Positions 1 to 9,814 of a stretch of DNA of 64,000 bases are shown piece after piece. The stretch comes from a virus. The stretch spans positions 1 to 64,000 of the IMG/VR virus record IMGVR_UViG_3300031857_000091. One strand, given 5' to 3'. The position numbers and the translations under genes are program-made. A model generated the notes under the pieces. The model was not told the origin of the DNA. It did not search any database and saw only the letters and a list, made by a program, of their open reading frames with translations. How positions within the stretch are numbered: the stretch's first letter is position 1; every line of letters begins with the position of its first letter.

Positions 1-3000
1 TTCTCTTTGAAAAAGTAAAAGGGTTCTTTCATCAACAAGAGCATTAATTTCTTTACTGTTATCTTCGCCTTCTTTTTTAGTTTCAATAGTCAGCCTATTA
101 ATGCGTGCCGTTTTTTGCTGAATTTCTTTCTCTAAGTCATCAACAGAAAGCCCTATGGTTTTTTGTAACTCTTCTATAGATTTAGCAATAGATTCTCTTC
201 TACGAAGCAACTTATCTTTGTTTGTTATAACAAAAGAATCTGCGGTTGCATCATTTTCTAGTGTAGGGAAAGGAAGGTTTAGTTTATCATCAACGGTCTT
301 AAGTTCTTTCTTCAATGTCTCTATCTGTGCTTCTAATGGAGTTAATCCAATCATCGTATCGCTACCTGGAGTTAATGCCCTTTGTTGCTCAAAGGAATTG
401 ATTTGAGACTGTAACTCTGCTCTACGTTGGTTTAAGCGCAGTTCTGTCTCCGTATAATCAATAGACTCAGCTCCCATCAATAAATTAATTACAGCACCGG
501 GTGCAGCTGATACCCCAGAACTTCCAGCACTTAATCCGGGAGTGTATTTAGAAATATCCCTAAACAACTTTACTGTTTCAACTAGACTTTCATTTAAACC
601 AGGTAAGTTTTCTTCTCCTCTAAACGCATTAGTCATTTGGTTAACGACTTGCCCTACAGAGCTTCTTTTGCCTAGTTTTTCTCGTTTTTGTTGAACATCA
701 GCTAATTGACTATCAACATCCCCTAGCTCATTTTTTAATCTTGTTAATTCATCAAAAGTGTTAGTTGTATCTAGTTGAAGATATAGTGTTAAATAATTTT
801 CTAAGCTTTTTCTTTCTTCAGCTAACTTATCTTTTAATGAAATTAACTCATCAAAACTCGTTGGTTGATTTTCTTTTCCTACTTGGCTGGTCAATACATT
901 CCCAAGACCAGATAAATTCCCCTGGTCAAATAAAGAGCCTCTAGACTCACTAAAGTTATCTGGCAACAAAGGCAAATCTCTACGATAAGCAGTAGAATCT
1001 ATCCGTTTTTGAATCATGCGGATAACGTCATCAGTAGTAAATTTTTCCTGGTCTTTAGCTCTCCAAAAGGTTAAATTTAATCCTTTGTCTTGGAACGGAG
1101 TATCTCTGACTCCAGCTTGGTCTAATTGAATAATCTCAGTAGTAATCTCTATTTTTCTATTAGTCAGATTATCTAGATTTTTATTTAGCCCTTCTAATGC
1201 TTTAACACTGTTGCTTAACTGACTAAGGAAACTATTTGTACTGGTTGATTTAAACGCCATCAACACTACCAAGGTAGCTAATCCTGCTAATAATAGATTT
1301 AATCCAGAGAACCCTAGGGTCAACATACTTAAAATAGACTTTCCGGTTTTCATGCTTATTAAAGCAGCCTTGAATTTTCCTCCAAATACTTTAAAGGCTT
1401 CACCCGCTTTAAATACTTGTTCTCCAATTATTCTTAATAAAACCATTGTTTGTATCATAATTGCAAACAATGAGAAGAATTCTAAACTTGCACGAGCGAT
1501 CGCTTTTCCATTAAAGATAGAAGCAAATCCGTTATCATTACTAGATTCTCCCTTGGTTGCTGTCTGAGGAGTTTCTGCTTGAGGTGCGTAAATTTTACTT
1601 ATACTATTGTCAGCAAGTTTATTAATAAGTCGTTCAGCATCTCCTAGCTTTTTAATAAACCAAGTTAACTCGTCTACTCCCTCACCAATGTTAGAACGAA
1701 TGGCTATACCAAGATTTAAGAATGCTTCTGCCGCGCTTTTTACCCCTATTGATATTGAGCGAACAATATTAATTATTCCTTCCATGACTTGTTTAGGGTC
1801 TTTAGACAAGTCTATATAGGTTTGAATAACACGCCCTACAAGAGTACTGAAAAACCCAGTAAGCATCTCGACTGCGTTATTGATTTCAACTCCCAATATT
1901 TTGGCTAAAACCGTTCCTATGATTTCTTGGAACAATCCAAATACAAACGGGATAAGTACTAAAGACATCTTGCCGTATCCACCAGATAACGCTTTAGCAA
2001 GAGCCATAGATAAATCTAGTTTACTGAAGATAAAAGCAGTTCCTGCGACAATTTGTGCTTGTATTCCCAGAATGGCATTAAACATTAATCCGCTTTTGAG
2101 TAAAACATTGTCCATCAGCCAAAGAACTGCATCTAATGCTGTTGCTGCTGCGTTGGCAATTCCGGCAACGATTCCACCAAATTCGTCGGTCATTAATCGA
2201 CGGAAGTTGAATAATGAGTTTTCTATCTTATTTAATGTCCCCAAGAAACCCTTACTAGCTGCTTTTGCTCCTGCTCCATATTCTTCCTGGAATGCTTTAG
2301 CTAGTTTAGGTAGCAAGATATTAGAGGAAATTTCTCCTCTATCCAGAGTTGCGCTAAAATCAGCAACAGTCATACCCATTGATTTAGCTGCTAACTGAAT
2401 AGCCCCAGGTAATCTCTCCCCTATTTGACCTCTCAATTCTTCTGCTGCTACCTTTCCTTTAGAGATAACCTGTTGAAATGCTAGGAATATTAAGGAAGCA
2501 TCTTGGGCATTTAATCCCAGTGCAGCCATGGCTTGAGACACCCCTTTAAATAATTCCTCTGTATCTTGTCCCTCTAACTTACTTCCCTTGGAAGCTGCTG
2601 CTAATCGAGAAAAACCTTCAATACTAGCTAGTAAAGGCGTATTGTATTCTTGTGCTACTTGTGCTGCAAAGTCAAGCATCTGTTGCCCACTTTCTGGATT
2701 TCCCCCAATAGTCTCAAATCTGGTTTGAATAGGAGTCATGGTGCGCATTGTGTCAGCAAGCATTTGCCCAATAGGAGCTAGTTGGTTAACTGCTGCTGCT
2801 ATGGGAATTCCTAAAGCCGAAACAGAAGCAATCACTGGCGCTAACGCAACACCTATCGCCCCGGCTGGGAAGAAAGCAGAAAGATTAGCAAACATATAGC
2901 CACCAGCTTGGTCAGCTAAACCTCTAATATCATCCTCACTCATTCCAGCGTCTTGCATTTTTTTGTTAAGCCGGGATTGCATATTATCTATTGCGTTCTC

Positions 3001-6000
3001 AAGCTTTGTCCCTATCTTTTCTCCAATAATGACAGCTCTCGTTTTTTCTTTTTCCCCACCCTGTTCTTTTTTAGTTTTTTTGTTGTCTTCGGTAACACCT
3101 CTATATAAACTGTCTATAGTAGACATAGATTCTGCCCCTAGATTTAACTCTGGGCTTACAGATGCTCCTAATTGTGCAGCTATGTTATCCAATAAAACAG
3201 TAATTCTTTCAACGCTAGCCTTAATTGCTTGTAATATGGTTTGTGCCTTATCTCCCATGCCAGAATCTGCGAACAGAACAGAGTCATCTTGCTGATTATC
3301 TGAAGCAATAGTAGGCAAGGGAAAGCTTGTGTCTGGAGATAAGGGAGGTTCAATGGAAAGACTAGAAAGTGAAGTATCTAGTAACTCAGGAGTTTCTTTA
3401 GTAATTATGTCTGGGGTATCAATTGTTACCAGACTTGCCAAGTTAGTGTTAGTCGCTTGGGATGAGATAGTTTTATATGTTTTCCCTAAATCCTTAATCC
3501 CTTTATCTAGGCTTGATATTGTTTTTTCCTTGACAGCCGTACGAGAATCTAGAGATTTATCAGAATTTGCTACATTAGCTCGAGGGAGAATATCTGGTAC
3601 TTTTTCGCTTAACCCATAAAACACATCAGCTAAATTTTGAGCAAACACTTCAGCGTCTACCTCAAGTGCTTCAATCCCTTTGGATAAAGCCCCCGGTTGA
3701 GTCATTGCCAAGCTAGCGTCTACTTGTTTGCTGACTTGTTCTGCTTTGGATGGGTCAAGTAAGTTTCTCTCTGTTTTAAGATCAATTTTTGCATTTTTTC
3801 CAATGGGGAGAGAACTACTATCTTGTGCTATTGCAGCAACAGCATTGATATTATTTTTCCCAAAGGATAACTGCATAGCGTGTCGTAATTCATGCGCTAT
3901 GGTAGTAAATGCTTCTTTTGAAACGCCTTTGGATGAAGACACCATTTTGGCGATATCTGAGCTTAATGTGACCTGATTATCTTTAACAGAATAGGCACTA
4001 GCCCCTTTCAATTTATTTTCAGAGTCAATACTTACCTGTGGGAATAATCCTGCTTTGTCTATTTTGGATGGATTTAACCCAGATACTCTAAAGACTTCAT
4101 CAGCGATCGCTTTAAAGTTTTTATTTAACTGTTCCATTTCTGTTGTAGCAGAAGTATTCCCACTGTTTTTGGCACTAGCCTCTGCAAAAGCTTGTGGATT
4201 AGAAACGTATAAATCGATAAAATCTAGTTCTGCTTGTTTTTGCTCTTCTTTAGATAATCCGGAATCTTTTGTTACTTGTTGAGCTAATTTAGTAACAGAC
4301 TCCAAATCTACAGCATTTTGTGAAGGATTTATAACTTTTTTTATATCAGTTTTATTTTTTTCTCTACCAATAAGAGATGATTTTTGGGACAAGTCAACAG
4401 AATCTATCCCAGAACTAGAAGAGCTTTGTTTGAACCCGTCTACTATTTTGGGGACAACATCTGCAATTAGTCTGCCAATAATAAGACCAGTCAATAATAC
4501 TGGAAGCTTGGAGAATAAAGATTCAAACAGCCCCCCACCGGATATATCTTCACCCTCGCGTTTTTTGCCAGTATAACGAGCAAATCCTTCATCTATTTGC
4601 CGTCCTTTGGCTCTAGTTTGATTTGTTAAGCTTTCAAATAATCCTCTAACTATTTTTTCTTCTAGGGGCTTTTGACGAGTGTCGCCTTGTATTGATGATT
4701 TTATAACACCTTTAGAAAAATTAATAGCAAATCGTTCTAATAAACCTTTAAACATTTTTCCTACAAAAGATTCTTGATTGTCTTTGTTGGAATTTAATTT
4801 AAATGTGGATTTTATAACATTTGTAGCTAAATTACTAGCTACCTGCTCAAGTGCTCTTTTAAATACTTTTTCTGGAAAAGATTCTTGAGTTTCTTCACTG
4901 GATCTAGACCGTCCTGGAAATTTCATCAAATTTTCTGATAAAACTCCAACAGCAGACCCGCCAAGTAATTTTAATAAATTTATCCCACTTGATTTTAAGC
5001 TTTCTGAAATATTACCTGATGCAAAACTTTCTTTAGCTTTGTCCACAATGGCATTATTGCCTAAAGATGGTTTTTCGCCTGGAATCGGGGATCTAAATAA
5101 CTTAGCTAAGTCTTCATCAGAAAGACTTGCGTAAGGACTTGGTTGAGATTCGGAAGAAACTTTAGTAGAGTTATTGACACTTAAGTTTTCTATTAACTGA
5201 GCAAGTTCTTCATTAGAAAGACTTGCGTAAGGACTTGGCTCAGGCTGGGGAGGGACATTGGCAGGGTTACTGAATAGAGACTTAACCCTATCGCTTAAGG
5301 TCACATTTTTATCAGTTGTAAAAACTTTACTTAGCTGAGGAGCTAGTTTTTGCCCTATCGCAACAGTTACAGCTCCAATTAGAGCCTTAGTTAAGGTAGA
5401 TTGCAAACTGTCAACAGAGACCTTTCTCTCAATATTTGATTTCCCCGGGAAAACATTATTTAATAACGAAGTTCCTAGCTTAGCTACAACCAATCCGGCA
5501 ACAGCAATGGGTAAAGCTTTTTGGATAAATGTAGCCAAATCGACTTGTACTTTATCTTGCCCCTTATTGTCTTCGCCTGAGAGTTTTTGCTCACTTGCCT
5601 TACTTGGTTTTTCTAATTCAGCCCATGGGTCTGGGATATCAATTGAAGAGTCACCCATCATGTTTAGAGGAGAGATGGTGACGAAATCTTGCGCATCAAA
5701 TGCAAATTCAGGAGACGCTTGGGTTAACTTATCATCCCATATATCTGGAAGCATATCAGCCCTAAACAAAGACTCATTATTTGATGGATTAGTTCTGGCA
5801 TTAATTTCTGTTTGAACATTTCCTAAGAAGTCTTTAACTGCGGGTACAGATTCTCCACTATTAATCAACCCTCCCATAGTATTAATTAACTGTCCTATGG
5901 ATGCAAGTAGTTGCCCTCCTAGGTTGTTGACTTTTTCTAACACGGATTGGAGGCTATCTATTGCACCGCTATTATTTACTTGTTGTTGAAGGGATTGGAG

Positions 6001-9000
6001 TTGACTTATTAACTCAGGAGGGATAGCATCTATGATTCTATTTTTTGCTGCACCAACAGCATCCCTGCCTTGACTTATTAACCCAGGAGGGATAGCATCT
6101 ATGATTCTATTTTTTGCTGCACCAACAGCATCCCTGCCTTGACTTATTAACCCAGGAGGGATAGCATTTATGATGCTATTTTTTGCTGCATTAATAAAAT
6201 CTCGACCTTGATTAATTCTGTTTGCAATAGCATCTCTTTGTAGGTTGGGGTTAGACCGTACCTGATTATAAAACTCTGTACCTGTTCTGGCTATCCCTTC
6301 CATTCCTTGAGCAGCAAAACGAACACTATCATTAGCTGCTGTTTTACCAATATTTCTAAATGAATCAGCTAACTCAGGATTTATAACTTTTAATAAATTT
6401 GCAAAAACATCAAGATATTGAACAAAATTAGTTACATTATTAATCCACCCAGTATCAGGAACTCCTACAGCCTTTGAAGCATTAATTGCAAAATCTTTTA
6501 ATCTAGTATCAAATATATTAGAAAAATCTTTATTAAAACTAGCTCCAAATCCCTTTATTTCATTAACAATTCCTTCTATTTTGCTAGACACTGGATCTCC
6601 GCCTAGTTGCGATGATGACTCGTTGACAAACTTGTCTCCACTTAATCTCTCAATATTTGTTCTGTCTCCCTGAATTCCTTCTCTGAGCAAGACATTAGAT
6701 TCATCGGAAGATTGAATTAACTCTGTAAGCAATGACTCTGTTTTGTTTTTTGACTCTTTGCCTGTATTGCCACCACCGGAAGCTCTAAATAATTGGTCAA
6801 TCTCAGGAATATCAATGGGAGTACTAAAAAGTTTATCTGCTAGATTTTGAGCAAATACTTCAGCATCAGTATTAGCTGCTGTAAACCCTTTTACAGTAGT
6901 ACTTGACATCTTATTATTTGTTTCTTCGTATATAGCGTCTCCAATGTTGTTTTTGACTTCAGATAGCTTTGGCTGCGACTTATCTATCAAATCGTCTTGT
7001 ATTAGTCGAGGTATTTTTACTCCCTGAAACATAAAGCCTTTGTTTGTATTGGCTCTGTTTTGTTTTCTTCGATAATCTTTATCGGTAAACTCACTTTGAA
7101 TAGCTTTTCGTAATTCCCTAACAATTGGGATAAATGAATCTTTACTAATATTATTCCCAGAAGATAAATCTTTAGCTATACTTTCTGAAACAGCGATTTT
7201 ATTAGCTTTGCGATTATATTTACTGCCTCTTGGCAGGTTTTCGTCAGTATCAATATCTAGCTGAGGTAATTTTCCTGCTTTAGCAATTTGTTGTAATGAA
7301 ATACCTATTTCATTAAAAACGTCTTCAATTATGCGAGTAAAGTTGCTTGCTAATTTGTCAGGTTCAATCTTAGGTATTTCAATTGGGGTAGATGGAACTA
7401 TTTGAGCAATAATATCTTCAAAAGATACGTCTGTATAGTCTGATGCTGACGGTAATAAATTATCTAAACTTTGTCTTGATACAGTTTGTCCTTCATCATC
7501 AAATGATATCAATGATACTTCTGCTTGTATTTCTTCTAATATCTGGTTTGTTGTCTCTATTTTGTCTGCAACGTATTCTAAGACTGCAATCATCTTAATA
7601 GGTTCTGCTAGCCCACCTTCTAATTGCCGTTGCTGGTTACTGCCTCCTAAGCGCCGTTGTTCAGTTATATCTTGATCGCCTGCCTCGATAGCCCCTACGA
7701 TTTTATCCAAGATAATATTAGATGCAGAAATATTCCCTGCTATAGTTTCCAGAACAGCAGTCATCCGTATTGTTTCTACTTCAGGAGCTGAATCAAGTTG
7801 TGCTTGAGCACTAGGTTCAGCGATCGCTGGATTTAAAACATCTAATTTTTTACTGATTTGAGATAGTGTAGACCCCAGTAAAGCCGGATCGTTAGCAGCA
7901 AACCCTTCTCCAAAAGCCGTCGTAGCAGCCGATGCCGGGTCTGATTGTCTAAACACATTGCCAGTAATTACTCCCTCAGCTAACTTGGCAGCTCCACCAG
8001 CAGACTGGTTAATTAATACAGCTCCCAATTTTTCTACCGCGCCGCCTATTAAAGATTTAAAAAAATCAAATTGCAGTTGTGCAATAACTTCTGGGAATAG
8101 TTGCCCGGTTATTTGTCCTAGTTGCGTTGTCAAGACTTCTTGTAGTCTGACAATCACGGAAATTAACGAAGATATGCCAGAAGATATGGTACTTCCATTG
8201 TTGTTTCCACCATCTTTTTCCCCTGTATTCTTTTGACTATTATTTGAAATATTGTCTAAAATTTGTTTAGTTAAATTTGCTAAAGCAGTTTCTAATAGTT
8301 CAATAACAGAATCTTGTATCTCTGTTAATATTTCATCTAATGAATTAGCAATAATTTTAGTAATATCTAATGATACTGATTCTATTATGGCTTTTGTTGT
8401 AGAAACTAATTCCGTAAAAGAATTATTAGCAATATCTGTAATTTCTTGAATACCAGAAAATTGATTATCAAGTGATTCTATCGATTGATTAATATTTGTG
8501 CTTATTTTATCAATAGCATCTTGCACTAATGGAACAATATCAGTAGAATTTTCACTTACAGACTGATTTGTTCCTGCAGTTGCTTTAGCTCCAGATATTG
8601 TTGTCTCACCAGATAAGTTGGTTGGAGTTAATGGCTCTTTCTTTTCTGATAATTGATCAGAGATAGTAGATAATACTGCAACAATATCTGTTAATTGATT
8701 AGTAATTTTTTCTCCAGATTCTTTGACTACAGTATCTAATGTTGAGTTTATTGGAGCTGAGCTTACTTGCTCGCCTTCTTGTGTTTTTGAAGCTGGAGAT
8801 AATCCGTCTAATGCGCCACGGATTGCCTTTACTTCCCCCAAGATTTCAATCAAGTTATCATTGACAACATCTATTAACCCAAATGTTTGATTAAATTTTT
8901 CATTTGCTAAATCAGATAAAACCCCAAAATCTATATTTTCTTCATTTTCTGGACTTTCAAAAGATTTAGGAGATGATTTATCGGATGACTGCTTAGATTC

Positions 9001-9144
9001 AGTGTCTTGCGTTAATTGCTCTCTGTCTACTCCAATCTTAAGCTTATAAGCATCAAGCTCTTTTTGCATTTCTTGAAGTTGCTTGTCAATGTCAGACTTG
9101 TCTAATTGAACCCCTAGAGTAATTTTTACTGAACTTTCTGGCAT
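1..9144 (-). CDS. Giant tail tape measure protein (>3,048 aa, truncated by window edge) with two zincin-like domains
   Basis: Not in ORF track because it has no stop inside the window. ATG at 9144 gives MPESSVKITLGVQLDKSDIDKQL. The same frame is open at every point spot-checked down to base 1. Tape-measure core at ~2250-2750 (EGFSRLAAASKG..FQQVISKGKVAAEELRGQIGERLPGAIQLAAKSMG). HELRH at 3880-3894. Confidence 0.9.
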   Translation of the reverse strand, partial: MPESSVKITLGVQLDKSDIDKQLQEMQKELDAYKLKIGVDREQLTQDTESKQSSDKSSPKSFESPENEENIDFGVLSDLANEKFNQTFGLIDVVNDNLIEILGEVKAIRGALDGLSPASKTQEGEQVSSAPINSTLDTVVKESGEKITNQLTDIVAVLSTISDQLSEKKEPLTPTNLSGETTISGAKATAGTNQSVSENSTDIVPLVQDAIDKISTNINQSIESLDNQFSGIQEITDIANNSFTELVSTTKAIIESVSLDITKIIANSLDEILTEIQDSVIELLETALANLTKQILDNISNNSQKNTGEKDGGNNNGSTISSGISSLISVIVRLQEVLTTQLGQITGQLFPEVIAQLQFDFFKSLIGGAVEKLGAVLINQSAGGAAKLAEGVITGNVFRQSDPASAATTAFGEGFAANDPALLGSTLSQISKKLDVLNPAIAEPSAQAQLDSAPEVETIRMTAVLETIAGNISASNIILDKIVGAIEAGDQDITEQRRLGGSNQQRQLEGGLAEPIKMIAVLEYVADKIETTNQILEEIQAEVSLISFDDEGQTVSRQSLDNLLPSASDYTDVSFEDIIAQIVPSTPIEIPKIEPDKLASNFTRIIEDVFNEIGISLQQIAKAGKLPQLDIDTDENLPRGSKYNRKANKIAVSESIAKDLSSGNNISKDSFIPIVRELRKAIQSEFTDKDYRRKQNRANTNKGFMFQGVKIPRLIQDDLIDKSQPKLSEVKNNIGDAIYEETNNKMSSTTVKGFTAANTDAEVFAQNLADKLFSTPIDIPEIDQLFRASGGGNTGKESKNKTESLLTELIQSSDESNVLLREGIQGDRTNIERLSGDKFVNESSSQLGGDPVSSKIEGIVNEIKGFGASFNKDFSNIFDTRLKDFAINASKAVGVPDTGWINNVTNFVQYLDVFANLLKVINPELADSFRNIGKTAANDSVRFAAQGMEGIARTGTEFYNQVRSNPNLQRDAIANRINQGRDFINAAKNSIINAIPPGLISQGRDAVGAAKNRIIDAIPPGLISQGRDAVGAAKNRIIDAIPPELISQLQSLQQQVNNSGAIDSLQSVLEKVNNLGGQLLASIGQLINTMGGLINSGESVPAVKDFLGNVQTEINARTNPSNNESLFRADMLPDIWDDKLTQASPEFAFDAQDFVTISPLNMMGDSSIDIPDPWAELEKPSKASEQKLSGEDNKGQDKVQVDLATFIQKALPIAVAGLVVAKLGTSLLNNVFPGKSNIERKVSVDSLQSTLTKALIGAVTVAIGQKLAPQLSKVFTTDKNVTLSDRVKSLFSNPANVPPQPEPSPYASLSNEELAQLIENLSVNNSTKVSSESQPSPYASLSDEDLAKLFRSPIPGEKPSLGNNAIVDKAKESFASGNISESLKSSGINLLKLLGGSAVGVLSENLMKFPGRSRSSEETQESFPEKVFKRALEQVASNLATNVIKSTFKLNSNKDNQESFVGKMFKGLLERFAINFSKGVIKSSIQGDTRQKPLEEKIVRGLFESLTNQTRAKGRQIDEGFARYTGKKREGEDISGGGLFESLFSKLPVLLTGLIIGRLIADVVPKIVDGFKQSSSSSGIDSVDLSQKSSLIGREKNKTDIKKVINPSQNAVDLESVTKLAQQVTKDSGLSKEEQKQAELDFIDLYVSNPQAFAEASAKNSGNTSATTEMEQLNKNFKAIADEVFRVSGLNPSKIDKAGLFPQVSIDSENKLKGASAYSVKDNQVTLSSDIAKMVSSSKGVSKEAFTTIAHELRHAMQLSFGKNNINAVAAIAQDSSSLPIGKNAKIDLKTERNLLDPSKAEQVSKQVDASLAMTQPGALSKGIEALEVDAEVFAQNLADVFYGLSEKVPDILPRANVANSDKSLDSRTAVKEKTISSLDKGIKDLGKTYKTISSQATNTNLASLVTIDTPDIITKETPELLDTSLSSLSIEPPLSPDTSFPLPTIASDNQQDDSVLFADSGMGDKAQTILQAIKASVERITVLLDNIAAQLGASVSPELNLGAESMSTIDSLYRGVTEDNKKTKKEQGGEKEKTRAVIIGEKIGTKLENAIDNMQSRLNKKMQDAGMSEDDIRGLADQAGGYMFANLSAFFPAGAIGVALAPVIASVSALGIPIAAAVNQLAPIGQMLADTMRTMTPIQTRFETIGGNPESGQQMLDFAAQVAQEYNTPLLASIEGFSRLAAASKGSKLEGQDTEELFKGVSQAMAALGLNAQDASLIFLAFQQVISKGKVAAEELRGQIGERLPGAIQLAAKSMGMTVADFSATLDRGEISSNILLPKLAKAFQEEYGAGAKAASKGFLGTLNKIENSLFNFRRLMTDEFGGIVAGIANAAATALDAVLWLMDNVLLKSGLMFNAILGIQAQIVAGTAFIFSKLDLSMALAKALSGGYGKMSLVLIPFVFGLFQEIIGTVLAKILGVEINNAVEMLTGFFSTLVGRVIQTYIDLSKDPKQVMEGIINIVRSISIGVKSAAEAFLNLGIAIRSNIGEGVDELTWFIKKLGDAERLINKLADNSISKIYAPQAETPQTATKGESSNDNGFASIFNGKAIARASLEFFSLFAIMIQTMVLLRIIGEQVFKAGEAFKVFGGKFKAALISMKTGKSILSMLTLGFSGLNLLLAGLATLVVLMAFKSTSTNSFLSQLSNSVKALEGLNKNLDNLTNRKIEITTEIIQLDQAGVRDTPFQDKGLNLTFWRAKDQEKFTTDDVIRMIQKRIDSTAYRRDLPLLPDNFSESRGSLFDQGNLSGLGNVLTSQVGKENQPTSFDELISLKDKLAEERKSLENYLTLYLQLDTTNTFDELTRLKNELGDVDSQLADVQQKREKLGKRSSVGQVVNQMTNAFRGEENLPGLNESLVETVKLFRDISKYTPGLSAGSSGVSAAPGAVINLLMGAESIDYTETELRLNQRRAELQSQINSFEQQRALTPGSDTMIGLTPLEAQIETLKKELKTVDDKLNLPFPTLENDATADSFVITNKDKLLRRRESIAKSIEELQKTIGLSVDDLEKEIQQKTARINRLTIETKKEGEDNSKEINALVDERTLLLFQRE
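6001..6207 (-). repeat. 3 x 69-bp (23-aa) in-frame tandem repeat in tape measure gene
   Basis: Units start at 6001, 6070 and 6139; translate as GRDAVGAAKNRIIDAIPPGLISQ. Confidence 0.9.
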
Positions 9145-9228
9145 CTCTTATATCCCGCAGCGCATTACTTACCAGTATAAATTACCTATAAATATTTAGC
9201 ACTTCTATATCATGTTTTAGATAAAATA

Positions 9229-9789
9229 GTGAAAACAAAAATAATTACACCGACTAAAACAATGTTCACATCAATGAAATTAAAATTAGCTTCTTTAGTT
9301 ATTGCCAGCCTTTTGATTGAATGGGGGTCAAACAAAGTCTGTGCACAATATCCTCAGCAAGACTCAATTAGCAATAAACAGGAAGCTGTGAATTATCAAA
9401 CTATTGGATTTGGTAAGGCGATCGCATTGGGATTAGAAAAAGTTTCTTATGATTATGCAGATTACTGGATGAGTTATGTAGAGTCTCAAAACAAAGACGG
9501 TAATCTTAATGAAAGTGTGTTAGAAGATTTCGCAAGAAGAGCTTGTAATGAAGCAGGAGAAACTATTGACATTGCTGAAGTCGATAAACATTTCTCCCTT
9601 CTTTATGTAAGTTTTGTAATGGGATATACCTCTGACCTTGATATTCAAGCTTATCGGCTTGGCATTACTTCCAGAAGTTCACAGGTTAACCCGGAAGAGA
9701 TTTATGGGTTAGTACTTCAGGAAGCAGTTACCATTAAATGCCCAGAAAAACAAATCACCGGAGTCTTAAACCTAAACCGATACCATTAA
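9229..9789 (+). CDS. Hypothetical exported protein
   Basis: 186-aa ORF with signal-peptide-like segment MKLKLASLVIASLLIEWGSNKVCA; true start probably an internal Met. Confidence 0.6.
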   Translation: MKTKIITPTKTMFTSMKLKLASLVIASLLIEWGSNKVCAQYPQQDSISNKQEAVNYQTIGFGKAIALGLEKVSYDYADYWMSYVESQNKDGNLNESVLEDFARRACNEAGETIDIAEVDKHFSLLYVSFVMGYTSDLDIQAYRLGITSRSSQVNPEEIYGLVLQEAVTIKCPEKQITGVLNLNRYH

Positions 9790-9814
9790 AAGTTACGGCT
9801 AGAACATTGCAATT

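Noticed and set aside
155-8449. Plus-strand ORFs in the track (155-8449)
   Set aside because: Antisense shadows of the minus-strand tape measure gene, with no recognisable motifs.
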